A stretch of DNA of 36,113 nt from Eubacteriales bacterium. GTDB lineage: Bacteria; Bacillota; Clostridia; Oscillospirales; SIG627. A program made the translations under genes and the position numbers. Positions 1 to 8,681 of this stretch are shown one piece after another. The notes under the pieces were generated by a model, which ran no database searches, had not been told where the DNA came from, and saw nothing but the letters and a program-made list of their open reading frames with translations. The stretch is taken from the NCBI GenBank assembly GCA_045595105.1, contig JAZNZV010000114.1, positions 1 to 36,113 on the forward strand, in the 5' to 3' direction. The number at the start of each line of letters is the position of its first letter. Position 1 is the first letter of the stretch.

Positions 1-273
1 GGGCTTGTTTGTATAAATTCTCGGAACAATGAATATTTTGTCCTTTACCTTTTCCTGAACCTCACGAAGTCTTAAAATATAGTCGATAACGCTGTCCTCG
101 TTGTCTGCAGAGCAGGGACCGATAACGAGAACGAGCTTGTCTGTCTTTCCTGCGAAAATGCTCTTCAGCTCACAAGCCCTTTTTGCCACAACCTCTTCAA
201 GGTCGTGAGAAAGGGGATAAAGCTCTTTTACCTCCTGAGGGATAGGGAGTTTTCTTTCAAAAATCATACTCAT
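1..273 (-). CDS. 3-deoxy-7-phosphoheptulonate (DAHP) synthase, class I-alpha type, N-terminal part only (gene runs off the left edge)
   Basis: Reverse translation from the ATG at 273-271 gives MSMIFERKLPIPQEVKELYPLSHDLEEVVAKRACELKSIFAGKTDKLVLVIGPCSADNEDSVIDYILRLREVQEKVKDKIFIVPRIYTNKP. The VIGPCS and PRIYxxKP blocks match the AroF/AroG/AroH family. SD GAAAGAAGGA lies at 281-290. Absent from the ORF track because it is truncated. Confidence 0.85.
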   Translation of the reverse strand, partial: MSMIFERKLPIPQEVKELYPLSHDLEEVVAKRACELKSIFAGKTDKLVLVIGPCSADNEDSVIDYILRLREVQEKVKDKIFIVPRIYTNKP

Positions 274-290
274 TGTTTTGTCCTTCTTTC

Positions 291-326
291 ATAAAAATAA
301 GCCTCACCCGAAGCTACGAGTGAGGC
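291..326 (-). terminator. Intrinsic terminator/attenuator hairpin immediately upstream of the DAHP synthase SD
   Basis: Minus-strand RNA reads GCCUCACUCG-UAGCUU-CGGGUGAGGC: a 10-bp stem including one G-U pair, with a 6-nt loop (301-326). It is followed by UUAUUUUUAU (291-300). Confidence 0.7.
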
Positions 327-350
327 TGAAAAATTTTAAAAGTCAAAAAC

Positions 351-449
351 TTAATGTCTCACAGGTAACCTTTGCACGCCGAAATAAGCACAGTAAAAAA
401 ACACTGCGCTAAAATAAAAAAAGAAGCCTGCAAAAAGTGTTGAGAACAT
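351..449 (-). CDS. Candidate 32-codon Phe/Tyr-rich leader peptide (MFSTLFAGFFFYFSAVFFYCAYFGVQRLPVRH)
   Basis: ATG at 449-447 and TAA at 353-351. SD AAAGGA (464-459) sits 9 nt upstream. The peptide has 9 Phe and 3 Tyr codons out of 32. It lies between a consensus promoter and the terminator hairpin. Too short for the ORF track. Confidence 0.45.
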   Translation of the reverse strand: MFSTLFAGFFFYFSAVFFYCAYFGVQRLPVRH

Positions 450-483
450 CTGTCTTTTTCCTTTCATTCATTTGATGTGCATA

Positions 484-512
484 ATTATACTCCCGAGAGT
501 AGTCTTTGTCAA
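484..512 (-). promoter_or_regulatory. Sigma-A type promoter for the DAHP synthase leader
   Basis: Minus strand reads TTGACA (512-507), a 17-nt spacer, then TATAAT (489-484). Both hexamers are perfect consensus. Confidence 0.75.
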
Positions 513-528
513 TAGGTTTTTTGAAAAA

Positions 529-1281
529 TTAAAAAGTTTTTTTAGGTCGGTAGGCGATATACTCCACGTCGGAGAGCTTGGCACGTTCAGTCATGGCGCC
601 TTTCACCTGACTGTGAAGCTTTTCACGGCGTTCTCTTTTGCTGAGAGAGGGGTCGGGATAGAACGGACCGTCTATAAAGACCGTCATTTTCGGTCTTTTC
701 ATAAAACGCCTTTTCTGATATGTTGACGTAAAGGCAAAAACGGGGGCATTCTCTTTTATGGGAAACTGAAAAGAAGCATCCGAAAAGGGGCGTATATCCT
801 TCATATATTCCCACACGTGGGCTTCGGGGTAAACGGCGATGGGATAGCCCTCATTATATCTTCCCGAAACAGCCGACGAAAATGCAGGCATTTGCTTGAA
901 GGCTTCGGGGAGGGGAATAGCCCCAATAAAGGGAAGTAGCTTCCCTATTATGGGGATACCTAAATTTGCAGGGGAAACGATAGCGAAAAACCTTTTCGGG
1001 AAAGAGATAAGTGCAGGTAAAAATACGTCGCCTATGGGCTGAGTATGATTGCCGAAAAGAAAATATCGCTCACACTCCCTCACCTTTTCTTTACCTACTA
1101 TTTTTGCGTGTAAAACAAGCTTTAAATATATTGCTCCAAGCACAAATATAAGGTAGTAAAGAAAGTTTGTAAAAAAAACCGTGCCTCTTATATACTTGTA
1201 ATCTTCGGGTATTTTATAGTCTTGACACGAGCTTGTAGTGAAGTCATCCTCAAAGGAGGAGTAAAAGCGTGTCTCTTTCAT
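529..1281 (-). CDS. Lysophospholipid (PlsC-type) acyltransferase family protein
   Basis: 250-aa ORF with an N-terminal hydrophobic segment. FGNHTQPIGD (histidine acyltransferase block) and AVYPEAHVW (PEG-like block) are present. Its ATG overlaps the upstream stop as ATGA. Confidence 0.6.
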   Translation of the reverse strand: MKETRFYSSFEDDFTTSSCQDYKIPEDYKYIRGTVFFTNFLYYLIFVLGAIYLKLVLHAKIVGKEKVRECERYFLFGNHTQPIGDVFLPALISFPKRFFAIVSPANLGIPIIGKLLPFIGAIPLPEAFKQMPAFSSAVSGRYNEGYPIAVYPEAHVWEYMKDIRPFSDASFQFPIKENAPVFAFTSTYQKRRFMKRPKMTVFIDGPFYPDPSLSKRERREKLHSQVKGAMTERAKLSDVEYIAYRPKKTF

Positions 1282-2093
1282 ATCACAACGTCGTCCTCTT
1301 CAAAGGTATAGTCAAGCTTTTTGTGATATATTTCCTCATAAGCCTTCACCTTCATTTCATAGTCCTTGAAGGCAAGCTCCCGACAGTTTTCGCTCACACT
1401 CTTTTCGGGGTGGGGGAAAAGTACACCGAGCACGTGTAGCGTGTGACATATTTTCCCATTTTCTTTTCTTATCTCCACAAAGCAGGAGATAATAGGGGAA
1501 AAGAGCTTTGAGGCGAAGTAGTAAGCTCCCTCCATAACGGGTCTCGGCTTGCGGTAGCCACTCCACATTTCACGCTCGGGGTAGATGAGAACGCACTCAC
1601 CGTTATCTAAAAGCTTTTTCAAAGTGGGAGTAAAGCTTTTTTGCATATAGTGAAGATTGTCGGTAATGGGAAGGGTGTCGGCATAGTTCATGAGAAAACC
1701 GATAATACCCGTCATGGCAAAATTAGTCTCCTCGCATACTATATTAAGCCTCTTTTTACCTATCCGACGTGACAGTAGCCTTGGAGCGGTGTTCTCGGTG
1801 GGGCTGAAGTGGTTAGAGGTGATAATGGCACCGCCCTTGAAGCTTTCAAGCTTTTCAAGTCCCTTTATTTCGGTGCTCTTCGTAATTACAGAGGTAAGAA
1901 CGCTTGCAAGCCTCCGAGCGGTCACGTTCTTTATTTTATAGGACAGTGTTCCTCTTTTTTGTAAGTAACCGAACACGATTTTGTCCTTTTCTTCTCTTGT
2001 AAGAATTGGGTCGTGAAGCTCCACCTTTCGGTGAAAGTCACCCTCGGCTACTGCTTTTTTTATGTTCTCAATGACCTTTTCTCTGTCCGTCAT
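1278..2093 (-). CDS. Lysophospholipid (PlsC-type) acyltransferase family protein, second paralogue
   Basis: 271-aa ORF with ITSNHFSPTEN (HX4E/D-type block) and LIYPEREMW (PEG-like block). ATGA overlaps occur at both ends. Confidence 0.55.
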   Translation of the reverse strand: MTDREKVIENIKKAVAEGDFHRKVELHDPILTREEKDKIVFGYLQKRGTLSYKIKNVTARRLASVLTSVITKSTEIKGLEKLESFKGGAIITSNHFSPTENTAPRLLSRRIGKKRLNIVCEETNFAMTGIIGFLMNYADTLPITDNLHYMQKSFTPTLKKLLDNGECVLIYPEREMWSGYRKPRPVMEGAYYFASKLFSPIISCFVEIRKENGKICHTLHVLGVLFPHPEKSVSENCRELAFKDYEMKVKAYEEIYHKKLDYTFEEDDVVI

Positions 2094-3040
2094 AGAATAA
2101 CTCTCGCTCCGCTTTCAATAATTTTTTTGAAGGTGATATCTTCTTTTGGAATTTCACTGCCACGCTTTAAAAGTAGCTCAAGACACTTTCTGTCAGCCTC
2201 TTTCTTTTCGTCGGTGTAGCCTGCCTTGTGTTCTCTTATCTCCTCGATAAATCCGCTGTCCTCGGCATAATGCCAGAACGGGGCGTCATATTGCACGTTG
2301 TCATAGCACCAAGGCTTTGAAAAAAGATTGTAGTGAATGATGCCCGTGTCCTCTCTCTCGGGGGTGTTTTCCTCGGGCATCACGTCCCAGCGTGAGTCGA
2401 GATACTTTATTTTGCCACGGCATATGGCATTGAGGTAATCTTGGTCGGGTGCGATGCAGTCAAAGTGATAGGTAGACAGCAGGGATAGAAAATGGCTTGT
2501 AAAGCCCTTCTCACGAAGAAGCGCAAGGTTCATAAGAAGGACTCCCGAGTTTATATACTCGCTCTTCTTTATGCCAAAGCTCTCTTCCATGTAATAGATA
2601 AGCTCGGGCACCTTCGCCACCGATAAATCCGAGCAGGCACCGATAAGGCAGTCTCCAAGGTCGGTATCGAAAAGCTTTGCAATATCGTCTGTCACTATAA
2701 CGTCGCTGTCGATGTAGATAGCACGGTCAAGCTCAGGGAACATCTCGGGAATGAACAGTCTGAAATAGATAGTCAGCGTAAAGTAGTCGCAACGAAGTCT
2801 GTTGGACATTCTGTCGGTTATCAGGTCATATCCTCTCGTCATAGGGATAAACTCTATTTTGAAATTCTCTTTTTCGAGAGCCTTTATTTTTTTCTGATTT
2901 TCCTCTGATACCTTCTCGTGAAGAACGTATGCCTTGTAGGAGCGAGTGGGATTGGAATTTTTTATAGCGGAATTCAGCGCCACCGCAAGGTAGGGGGCGT
3001 AGCTGTTGTCTATGGTGAAAAAAACGGGTATTGTGTTCAT
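2090..3040 (-). CDS. Glycosyltransferase family 8 protein
   Basis: 316 aa. The N-terminus is IPVFFTIDNSYAPYLAVALNSAIKNS. IYIDSDVIV (DxD), NSGVLLMNL and APDQDYLN are typical GT8 blocks (LPS galactosyl/glucosyltransferase, GspA-like). Confidence 0.85.
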   Translation of the reverse strand: MNTIPVFFTIDNSYAPYLAVALNSAIKNSNPTRSYKAYVLHEKVSEENQKKIKALEKENFKIEFIPMTRGYDLITDRMSNRLRCDYFTLTIYFRLFIPEMFPELDRAIYIDSDVIVTDDIAKLFDTDLGDCLIGACSDLSVAKVPELIYYMEESFGIKKSEYINSGVLLMNLALLREKGFTSHFLSLLSTYHFDCIAPDQDYLNAICRGKIKYLDSRWDVMPEENTPEREDTGIIHYNLFSKPWCYDNVQYDAPFWHYAEDSGFIEEIREHKAGYTDEKKEADRKCLELLLKRGSEIPKEDITFKKIIESGARVIL

Positions 3041-3831
3041 TTCAGTATCTCCTTTTCACTTTCTTTCAGTTCGTCATATAGGTCGTCAAATCGGTATTCC
3101 TTTAAAACCGAGTGCATCTTCTCTATCTGCCAGGGCTTGACCGATATTTTTCCCTTCAAGGAAAAGCAGGTGGTGAAGTGTCGGAAAACGGTGTCCTCCC
3201 TCAGCGCTTTTTGCTCGTTGTAGCACCGTGGGAGAAGTATTTTGCGCTTTACCTCACGGTTTAGCGCCGACTGGTCTGGCATGAACATTTTTTTCGTTTT
3301 GCAACGCTCACGGCACCTTTCAAAAAGTCCCGACTTCCTTATTTCGTCAAGATTTAGGAAAAGCACTCCCGAGTTCATATAGCTCATAGTAAAGGGTGCT
3401 CTTCTGAAAAAGTACTTGCCATATCGGTCAAGGACTCCCGCAACCTCTATTCCCGACATATCAAGGTTGAGGTTCAGAGGGGCAGTGCAGATAACGTCGG
3501 CATCAAGGTAGAGTATTTCATCGGGAAGAGACGTTACCCTGTCGGCAAAAAGCCTGAGCATGCAAGCGGGTGTAAAACGTGTACGGCTGTTCTTAATGGG
3601 AAAATCTTTTTTAAACTCTTCGGTTATATCTATGAGGGTAACCTTGTTTTGCGGGTTCTTTTCCTTCAGCTTCTCTTCAAGCCTTGTGGCGAAGTCCCTG
3701 TCAATTCCCTTCATTTCATAAAAAGAGGTGAGTATGTAGATGCTAAGCTCATCGTTGTAGCGTGAAAGAGAGAGGGCGGACATAATTATCCCCTCTTTTA
3801 TTCCACTGTCACCCGAATAAAGGATATTCAT
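3037..3831 (-). CDS. Glycosyltransferase family 8 protein
   Basis: 264 aa with LYLDADVIC (DxD), NSGVLFLNL and MPDQSALN. SD GGGAGGTG lies upstream. First gene of a four-gene ATGA-coupled operon. Confidence 0.8.
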   Translation of the reverse strand: MNILYSGDSGIKEGIIMSALSLSRYNDELSIYILTSFYEMKGIDRDFATRLEEKLKEKNPQNKVTLIDITEEFKKDFPIKNSRTRFTPACMLRLFADRVTSLPDEILYLDADVICTAPLNLNLDMSGIEVAGVLDRYGKYFFRRAPFTMSYMNSGVLFLNLDEIRKSGLFERCRERCKTKKMFMPDQSALNREVKRKILLPRCYNEQKALREDTVFRHFTTCFSLKGKISVKPWQIEKMHSVLKEYRFDDLYDELKESEKEILK

Positions 3832-3860
3832 TTTACACCTCCCAAGTTTACTATATGAGA

Positions 3861-3889
3861 ATTCTACATAAACTTACCAAAAATGACAA
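3861..3889 (-). promoter_or_regulatory. Sigma-A type promoter of the GT8-GT8-acyltransferase-acyltransferase operon
   Basis: Minus strand reads TTGTCA (3889-3884), 17 nt, then TAGAAT (3866-3861). It lies about 30 nt upstream of the ATG at 3831. Confidence 0.6.
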
Positions 3890-4008
3890 CCTACTTCTTT
3901 GGTATACCGCTAAACTGTTGGTAAAGTGGGGTCGGTAGAGGAGTAGAGTCACCCTTCTACTGTGAGTAGAGCGAGAAAAGCGACTATATATAGCGATAAA
4001 AATAATTC

Positions 4009-4037
4009 TTGATTAAATTTTCATTTTATGGTAGAAT
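4009..4037 (+). promoter_or_regulatory. Sigma-A type promoter of the XRE-family gene
   Basis: TTGATT (4009-4014), 17 nt, then TAGAAT (4032-4037), with TG two bases upstream of the -10 (extended -10). TAGAATAA recurs directly downstream (GTAGAATAAGTTAGTAGAATAA). Confidence 0.6.
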
Positions 4038-4070
4038 AAGTTAGTAGAATAAAATTCGAGAGGATTTTTT

Positions 4071-4712
4071 ATGGAAGATATAAAGCAAAACGTGTCTGCC
4101 AATATAGCAGAGCTGAGAATTCTTCGTGGCATGACGCAAACCGAGCTTGCCGAAAAGCTCAGTTATTCCGATAAAGCGGTTTCCAAATGGGAGAGAGGGG
4201 AGTCTATCCCCGATATAACCGTGCTTTGTAAAATTGCAGAGATTTTTGAGGTCAGTCTCGACTATCTTGTAGAGAAGGAGCACCCCGTAAAGCCTCTGCC
4301 CGAGGAAAAGGAGATGACCCGAATGGAGAAGCTCTCCCTTCGTCCTCAGTACAATCCTACTCTCAACCATTATCTTATTATGGGGATAAGTATTTTCTCG
4401 GTGTTGCTCCTTGCGACTATCGTGTTCGTGGCAGTAAATATCGTGATGGATAACCCGAGACTGGACTGGCTTTCTTTTATATATGCAGTTCCCGCATCTA
4501 TTATTATATGGCTGGTCTTTAATTCGGTATGGTTCAATCCGAGACTGAATTTTATTATAGTCTCCCTTCTCATATGGTCGGTGCTCGCTGTTATATACTT
4601 TACACTTCTCGCCTTTAACTACAACGTGCTCATTATATTCTCCCTTGGAATTCCCGCACAGATAATCGTCTATATGTGGTCAAGGATAAGCTTCAATCCA
4701 AATAAGAAATAG
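4071..4712 (+). CDS. XRE-family helix-turn-helix regulator fused to a C-terminal multi-pass membrane domain
   Basis: The N-terminus NIAELRILRGMTQTELAEKLSYSDKAVSKWERGESIPDITVLCKIAEIFEVSLDYLV is a classic HTH_3 domain. The C-terminal ~110 aa form about 4 hydrophobic helices. Confidence 0.85.
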   Translation: MEDIKQNVSANIAELRILRGMTQTELAEKLSYSDKAVSKWERGESIPDITVLCKIAEIFEVSLDYLVEKEHPVKPLPEEKEMTRMEKLSLRPQYNPTLNHYLIMGISIFSVLLLATIVFVAVNIVMDNPRLDWLSFIYAVPASIIIWLVFNSVWFNPRLNFIIVSLLIWSVLAVIYFTLLAFNYNVLIIFSLGIPAQIIVYMWSRISFNPNKK

Positions 4713-4715
4713 ATA

Positions 4716-4752
4716 AAAAGAAGATTTCGTGTAAAAACCGAAATCTTCTTTT
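4716..4752. terminator. Bidirectional intrinsic terminator between the XRE gene and ptsI
   Basis: AAAAGAAGATTTCG, a 9-nt loop, then CGAAATCTTCTTTT. This is a 14-bp stem with A/T runs on both sides. Confidence 0.8.
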
Positions 4753-4758
4753 ATACTT

Positions 4759-6390
4759 TTAATTCCCAACTCTCGTTTTTCTCACCTTATCACGAAGCTT
4801 CAGTATCTCCGAGGGGGAGACCGACAGCTCGTCAATTCCCATTTCAAGGAAGCTTTCAGTCATATTCAGGTCCCCTGCCAGCTCTCCGCATATACCTATC
4901 CAGCCACCTTTTTTGTGGATACTGTCTGCTGACATTTTTATAAGCCTCATTATACCCTCGTGATAGGGGTCGAAGAATTCCTCAATATTGGGATTTTGTC
5001 TGTCGCAGGCGAGAGTGTACTGGGACAGGTCGTTTGTGCCGATGCTGAAAAAGTCGAAAAGGGTGGCGAGCTTATCGCTGATAAGAGCGGCGGCAGGTGT
5101 TTCTATCATTATGCCAAGCTCTACGTCACGGCTGTACGGAACGCCACTTTTGTCAAGCTCCGCCTTGACTTCATTCACTATATCTATTATCCTTTCGCCT
5201 TCCCAGTAGTTTGTCACCATGGGGAACATTATACCAAGACTTCCGAATTTTGATGCCGAAAGGAGAGCTCTTAGCTGAGCCTTCAGAATTTCGGGCCTTT
5301 TCAGACAAAGCCTTAACCCCCTCAGCCCGAGAGCGGGGTTCTCCTCTTCGTCAAGGGAGAAATACCCCACCTTTTTGTCGGCACCTATATCGAGGGTGCG
5401 TATGATGACTTTTTTACCCGACATTGCCACAAGCACCTTTTTGTATGCCTCGAATTGCTCCTCCTCCCTCGGGAAGGTGTCCTTGTCAAGATAGAGAAAC
5501 TCACTTCTGAAAAGTCCGATGCCCCCTGCATCGCTTGCAAGCACTGCCCCTATATCCTCTGTGCCCTGAATGTTGGCATAGAGGTTTATTTTTTTGCCGT
5601 CAAGAGTAACGTTGTCCTTGCCACGAAGCTTTTTTAGAAGCTCTGTTTTTTCTTTGTTTTCGTTTTCCTTCTCACGTATCTTTATTACGGTTTCGCTGTC
5701 GGGCTCAACGAAAATCTCACCTGCTCTGCCGTCTACCGCAAGGAGGTCTCCCTCCTTTACGTTGAGAAGGAAGGAGTCTCCCACCCCGATAACGGCGGGA
5801 ATGTTCATGTTTCGGGCAAGGATTGCCGTGTGAGAGTTTGCCGAGCCGTGAGTTGTTATAAAGCCGAGAATTTTGTCTTTGTCAAAGAGCACCGTCTCGG
5901 AGGGGGTCAAGTCTCGGGCACAGATAATGGAAGGTCGCTCAAGGGCGTCACTGCCTCTTGTCTCGCTAAGGGAGAGAATAAGCCTTTCGGAAATATCCTT
6001 CACGTCAATGGCACGGGCTTTCATATAGTGGTCGTCCATAGATGAAAACATATGAGAAAAGTTCTCTGCCGTCACCGATATGGCGTATTCAGCATTTACG
6101 GTCTGGTGCACTATTATCCGCCTTACCGATGCGTTAAAGTCCTCGTCGTCAAGCATCATAAGGTGTATCTGAAAGATTTCAGCACCCGTCTCTCCCACCT
6201 CTACAAGTGCCTTTTCATATATTTTCTGTAATTCCACGGCACTTTTTTCCTTAGCCCTCTCAAAGCGCAAAAGCTCCTTTTCAGGGTCCTTTACTGCAAT
6301 GCGCTTTATCTTTAGCTCCTCTTTTTTATATATGACGGCAGGACCGATGGCAGTGCCTCCGCATACACCTTTTCCAATAAATTTAAGCAT
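4759..6390 (-). CDS. ptsI: Phosphoenolpyruvate-protein phosphotransferase (PTS enzyme I)
   Basis: 543 aa. GSANSHTAILARNMNIPAV carries the phospho-histidine region. GTNDLSQYTLA and WIGICGELAG carry the catalytic Cys region. Adjacent to HPr. Confidence 0.97.
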   Translation of the reverse strand: MLKFIGKGVCGGTAIGPAVIYKKEELKIKRIAVKDPEKELLRFERAKEKSAVELQKIYEKALVEVGETGAEIFQIHLMMLDDEDFNASVRRIIVHQTVNAEYAISVTAENFSHMFSSMDDHYMKARAIDVKDISERLILSLSETRGSDALERPSIICARDLTPSETVLFDKDKILGFITTHGSANSHTAILARNMNIPAVIGVGDSFLLNVKEGDLLAVDGRAGEIFVEPDSETVIKIREKENENKEKTELLKKLRGKDNVTLDGKKINLYANIQGTEDIGAVLASDAGGIGLFRSEFLYLDKDTFPREEEQFEAYKKVLVAMSGKKVIIRTLDIGADKKVGYFSLDEEENPALGLRGLRLCLKRPEILKAQLRALLSASKFGSLGIMFPMVTNYWEGERIIDIVNEVKAELDKSGVPYSRDVELGIMIETPAAALISDKLATLFDFFSIGTNDLSQYTLACDRQNPNIEEFFDPYHEGIMRLIKMSADSIHKKGGWIGICGELAGDLNMTESFLEMGIDELSVSPSEILKLRDKVRKTRVGN

Positions 6391-6399
6391 AATTTCCCC

Positions 6400-6657
6400 T
6401 TAAAGCGTCTCTTCAAAAAAACGTTTTATAGAAGCTGTTGCCTCTTTTTCGTCCTCTCCCGTCACCTTGACTTTTACCTCGTCTCCCTTCTTTATTCCAA
6501 GGGACATGAGCATCATAAGTCTTGACGCATTTACCTCTTTTCCGCCCTTTTCGATAATTACCTCGCTCTTCCATTCCTTTGCAAGGGAGGAGAGCTTTCC
6601 TGCAGGACGGGCGTGTAGTCCTATCTCATCCTTTATGATATAGCTGAACTCTTTCAT
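6400..6657 (-). CDS. ptsH: Phosphocarrier protein HPr
   Basis: 85 aa. GLHARPAGKL contains His15. KEVNASRLMMLMSLG contains the Ser46 region. Confidence 0.95.
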   Translation of the reverse strand: MKEFSYIIKDEIGLHARPAGKLSSLAKEWKSEVIIEKGGKEVNASRLMMLMSLGIKKGDEVKVKVTGEDEKEATASIKRFFEETL

Positions 6658-8681
6658 TTCTTAGTCACCTCTGCAATTTCGTCGCCGGGGTTTACTTCTC
6701 CGTCCTTCAATACCTTTATTTCAAATTCGTCTGAGTTTACTATGACCATGGGGGTTGTGAGCTTGTAACCGCTTTTCCTTATACCGTCCATATCGAAGGT
6801 AATGAGAAGGTCGCCCTTCTTCACACTGTCACCGCTCTTTACGTGAGGCTTGAAGTGAAGACCTTTAAGCTTTACGGTGTCAAGACCGATGTGGAGCAGT
6901 ATTTCTTCCCCTTGCTGAGAAATTATATTAACTGCGTGACAGGTGTCAAAGACGCTTTCCACTCTGCCGTCACAGGGGGAGAACAGCTTACCCTCATCAG
7001 GTAAAAACGCTACGCCTCGCCCAAGTACACCGCTACTGAACGCCTCGTCCTCTACCTTGTCAAGGGGTACCACCTTACCCTTTATGGGGGAGAACAGTCG
7101 GGGAGGGTGACTTTTGTCAAGGTAGTCCTCAAGATTTGATTTTACTACCGACACCTGAGGTCCGTAGATTATCTGAACGCCCTGACCCTTCTTGATAACG
7201 CCCGACGCACCGCTTTCACGAAGAGAGGCTTCGTCAACCTTGCTCGGGTCCTTGACGGTTACACGCAGTCTTGTGGCACAGCTGTCAAGGTCGGAAATGT
7301 TTTCCTTTCCTCCAAGCCCCTTCAGAATGAGAGGGCTCTTGTTGTCGGCTTCGTGCTTTTTCGTGAGATAGTCAGCCTTGGTGTAAAGCTTTGACTCCTC
7401 TCCGTCCTCTTCTCTTCCGGGAGTCTTGAAGTCAAATTTCTTTATAAGGAAATAGAAAACGAAATAGTAGATAACTGCATATACGAGACCAACTATAACC
7501 ACCCATATCCAATTTGTCTTGGAGTTTCCTTGAAGTATGCCGAAAAGGGTTAAGTCGATAACGCCTCCCGAGAAGGTCATACCAACGCCCACGTTAAATA
7601 TATGCATGAGCATATAGGAAAGTCCTGCCAGAACGCAGTGCACCACGTACATGAGGGGGGCAACAAAGAGGAAGGTGAATTCAAGGGGCTCGGTGATACC
7701 CGTCAGCACCGATGTGAGAGCCGCCGAGAGAAGAAGACCTCCCACAAGCTTTTTCTTTTCGGGCTTTGCCAGTCGGTACATGGCGAATGCCGCCGCAGGA
7801 AGACCGAATATCATAAAGGGGAACTTGCCCGACATAAAGCGTGTAGCCGATACCGAAAAGACCTCGGTGGACTTTGAAGCAAGCTCTGCAAAGAAGATGT
7901 TCTGTGCACCTTGAATAAGCTCTCCGTCAATAAGAAGAGCACCGCCAAGCTCGGTTTGCCAGAAGGGCATATAGAAAACGTGGTGAAGCCCGAAGGGAAT
8001 GAGTGCTCGCTCAATAATACCATATATCCAGGTGCCGATATACCCCGAGTTCAATACAAGACTGCCCAGCGCCGCTATTCCCGACTGAACGGGCTGCCAT
8101 ATATAGAACATAATAACGCCTACTAAAAGGTAGACAAGAGAGGATATAATGGGAACGAATCTGGTTCCTCCAAAGAAGGAGAGAACGGTGGGAAGCTTTA
8201 TCTTATAAAATCTGTTGTGAAGTGCCGCCACACCAAGACCTACGATAATACCTCCGAAAACTCCCATTTGCAGGGTAGTTATACCGAGAGTTGTCGTAGT
8301 GGTGTTCTCGCCCATAGCCTCAACGCCACCCGAAAAACGAATAAGTGTGGAAATGGCGGTGTTCATTATGAGATAGGAGATGGCACCCGACAGGGCTGCA
8401 ACCTCCTTTTCCTTTTTTGCCATACCGATGGCAACACCCATAGCAAATAGCAGTGGAAGATTGTCGAAAACAACGCTTCCTGTTCTTGCCATGATGTCAA
8501 GGATCGTGTAGAGAATGCCTCCCTCGGAGATGAGACCTGTGAGATTGTACTCTTCAAGGGTGGTGGGGTTGGTAAAGGATGAGCCGATACCAAGAAGCAG
8601 ACCCGCAACGGGAAGAAGAGCAATAGGTAGCATAAACGACCTGCCTACTCTTTGCAGGACAGAAAAAATCTTATCTTTCAA
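6654..8681 (-). CDS. ptsG: PTS glucose/N-acetylglucosamine-family transporter, fused EIICBA
   Basis: 675 aa with an N-terminal multi-TM EIIC. EIIB is marked by DSCATRLRV. EIIA-Glc is marked by DTCHAV and LLHIGLDTV. It uses a TTG start 8 nt after GGAGGT and has an ATGA overlap with ptsH. Sugar specificity (Glc versus GlcNAc) cannot be told from sequence. The symbol is given for the B. subtilis-like ptsGHI order. Confidence 0.9.
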   Translation of the reverse strand: MKDKIFSVLQRVGRSFMLPIALLPVAGLLLGIGSSFTNPTTLEEYNLTGLISEGGILYTILDIMARTGSVVFDNLPLLFAMGVAIGMAKKEKEVAALSGAISYLIMNTAISTLIRFSGGVEAMGENTTTTTLGITTLQMGVFGGIIVGLGVAALHNRFYKIKLPTVLSFFGGTRFVPIISSLVYLLVGVIMFYIWQPVQSGIAALGSLVLNSGYIGTWIYGIIERALIPFGLHHVFYMPFWQTELGGALLIDGELIQGAQNIFFAELASKSTEVFSVSATRFMSGKFPFMIFGLPAAAFAMYRLAKPEKKKLVGGLLLSAALTSVLTGITEPLEFTFLFVAPLMYVVHCVLAGLSYMLMHIFNVGVGMTFSGGVIDLTLFGILQGNSKTNWIWVVIVGLVYAVIYYFVFYFLIKKFDFKTPGREEDGEESKLYTKADYLTKKHEADNKSPLILKGLGGKENISDLDSCATRLRVTVKDPSKVDEASLRESGASGVIKKGQGVQIIYGPQVSVVKSNLEDYLDKSHPPRLFSPIKGKVVPLDKVEDEAFSSGVLGRGVAFLPDEGKLFSPCDGRVESVFDTCHAVNIISQQGEEILLHIGLDTVKLKGLHFKPHVKSGDSVKKGDLLITFDMDGIRKSGYKLTTPMVIVNSDEFEIKVLKDGEVNPGDEIAEVTKK

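Noticed and set aside
274-483. A T-box or known riboswitch as the DAHP synthase leader.
   Set aside because: I could not find the conserved T-box sequence (AAnnnGGGTGGTACCGCG-like), a specifier-loop context, or AG/GNRA elements. The leader is also shorter and more U-rich than typical T-boxes. It is reported instead as a candidate leader-peptide attenuator.
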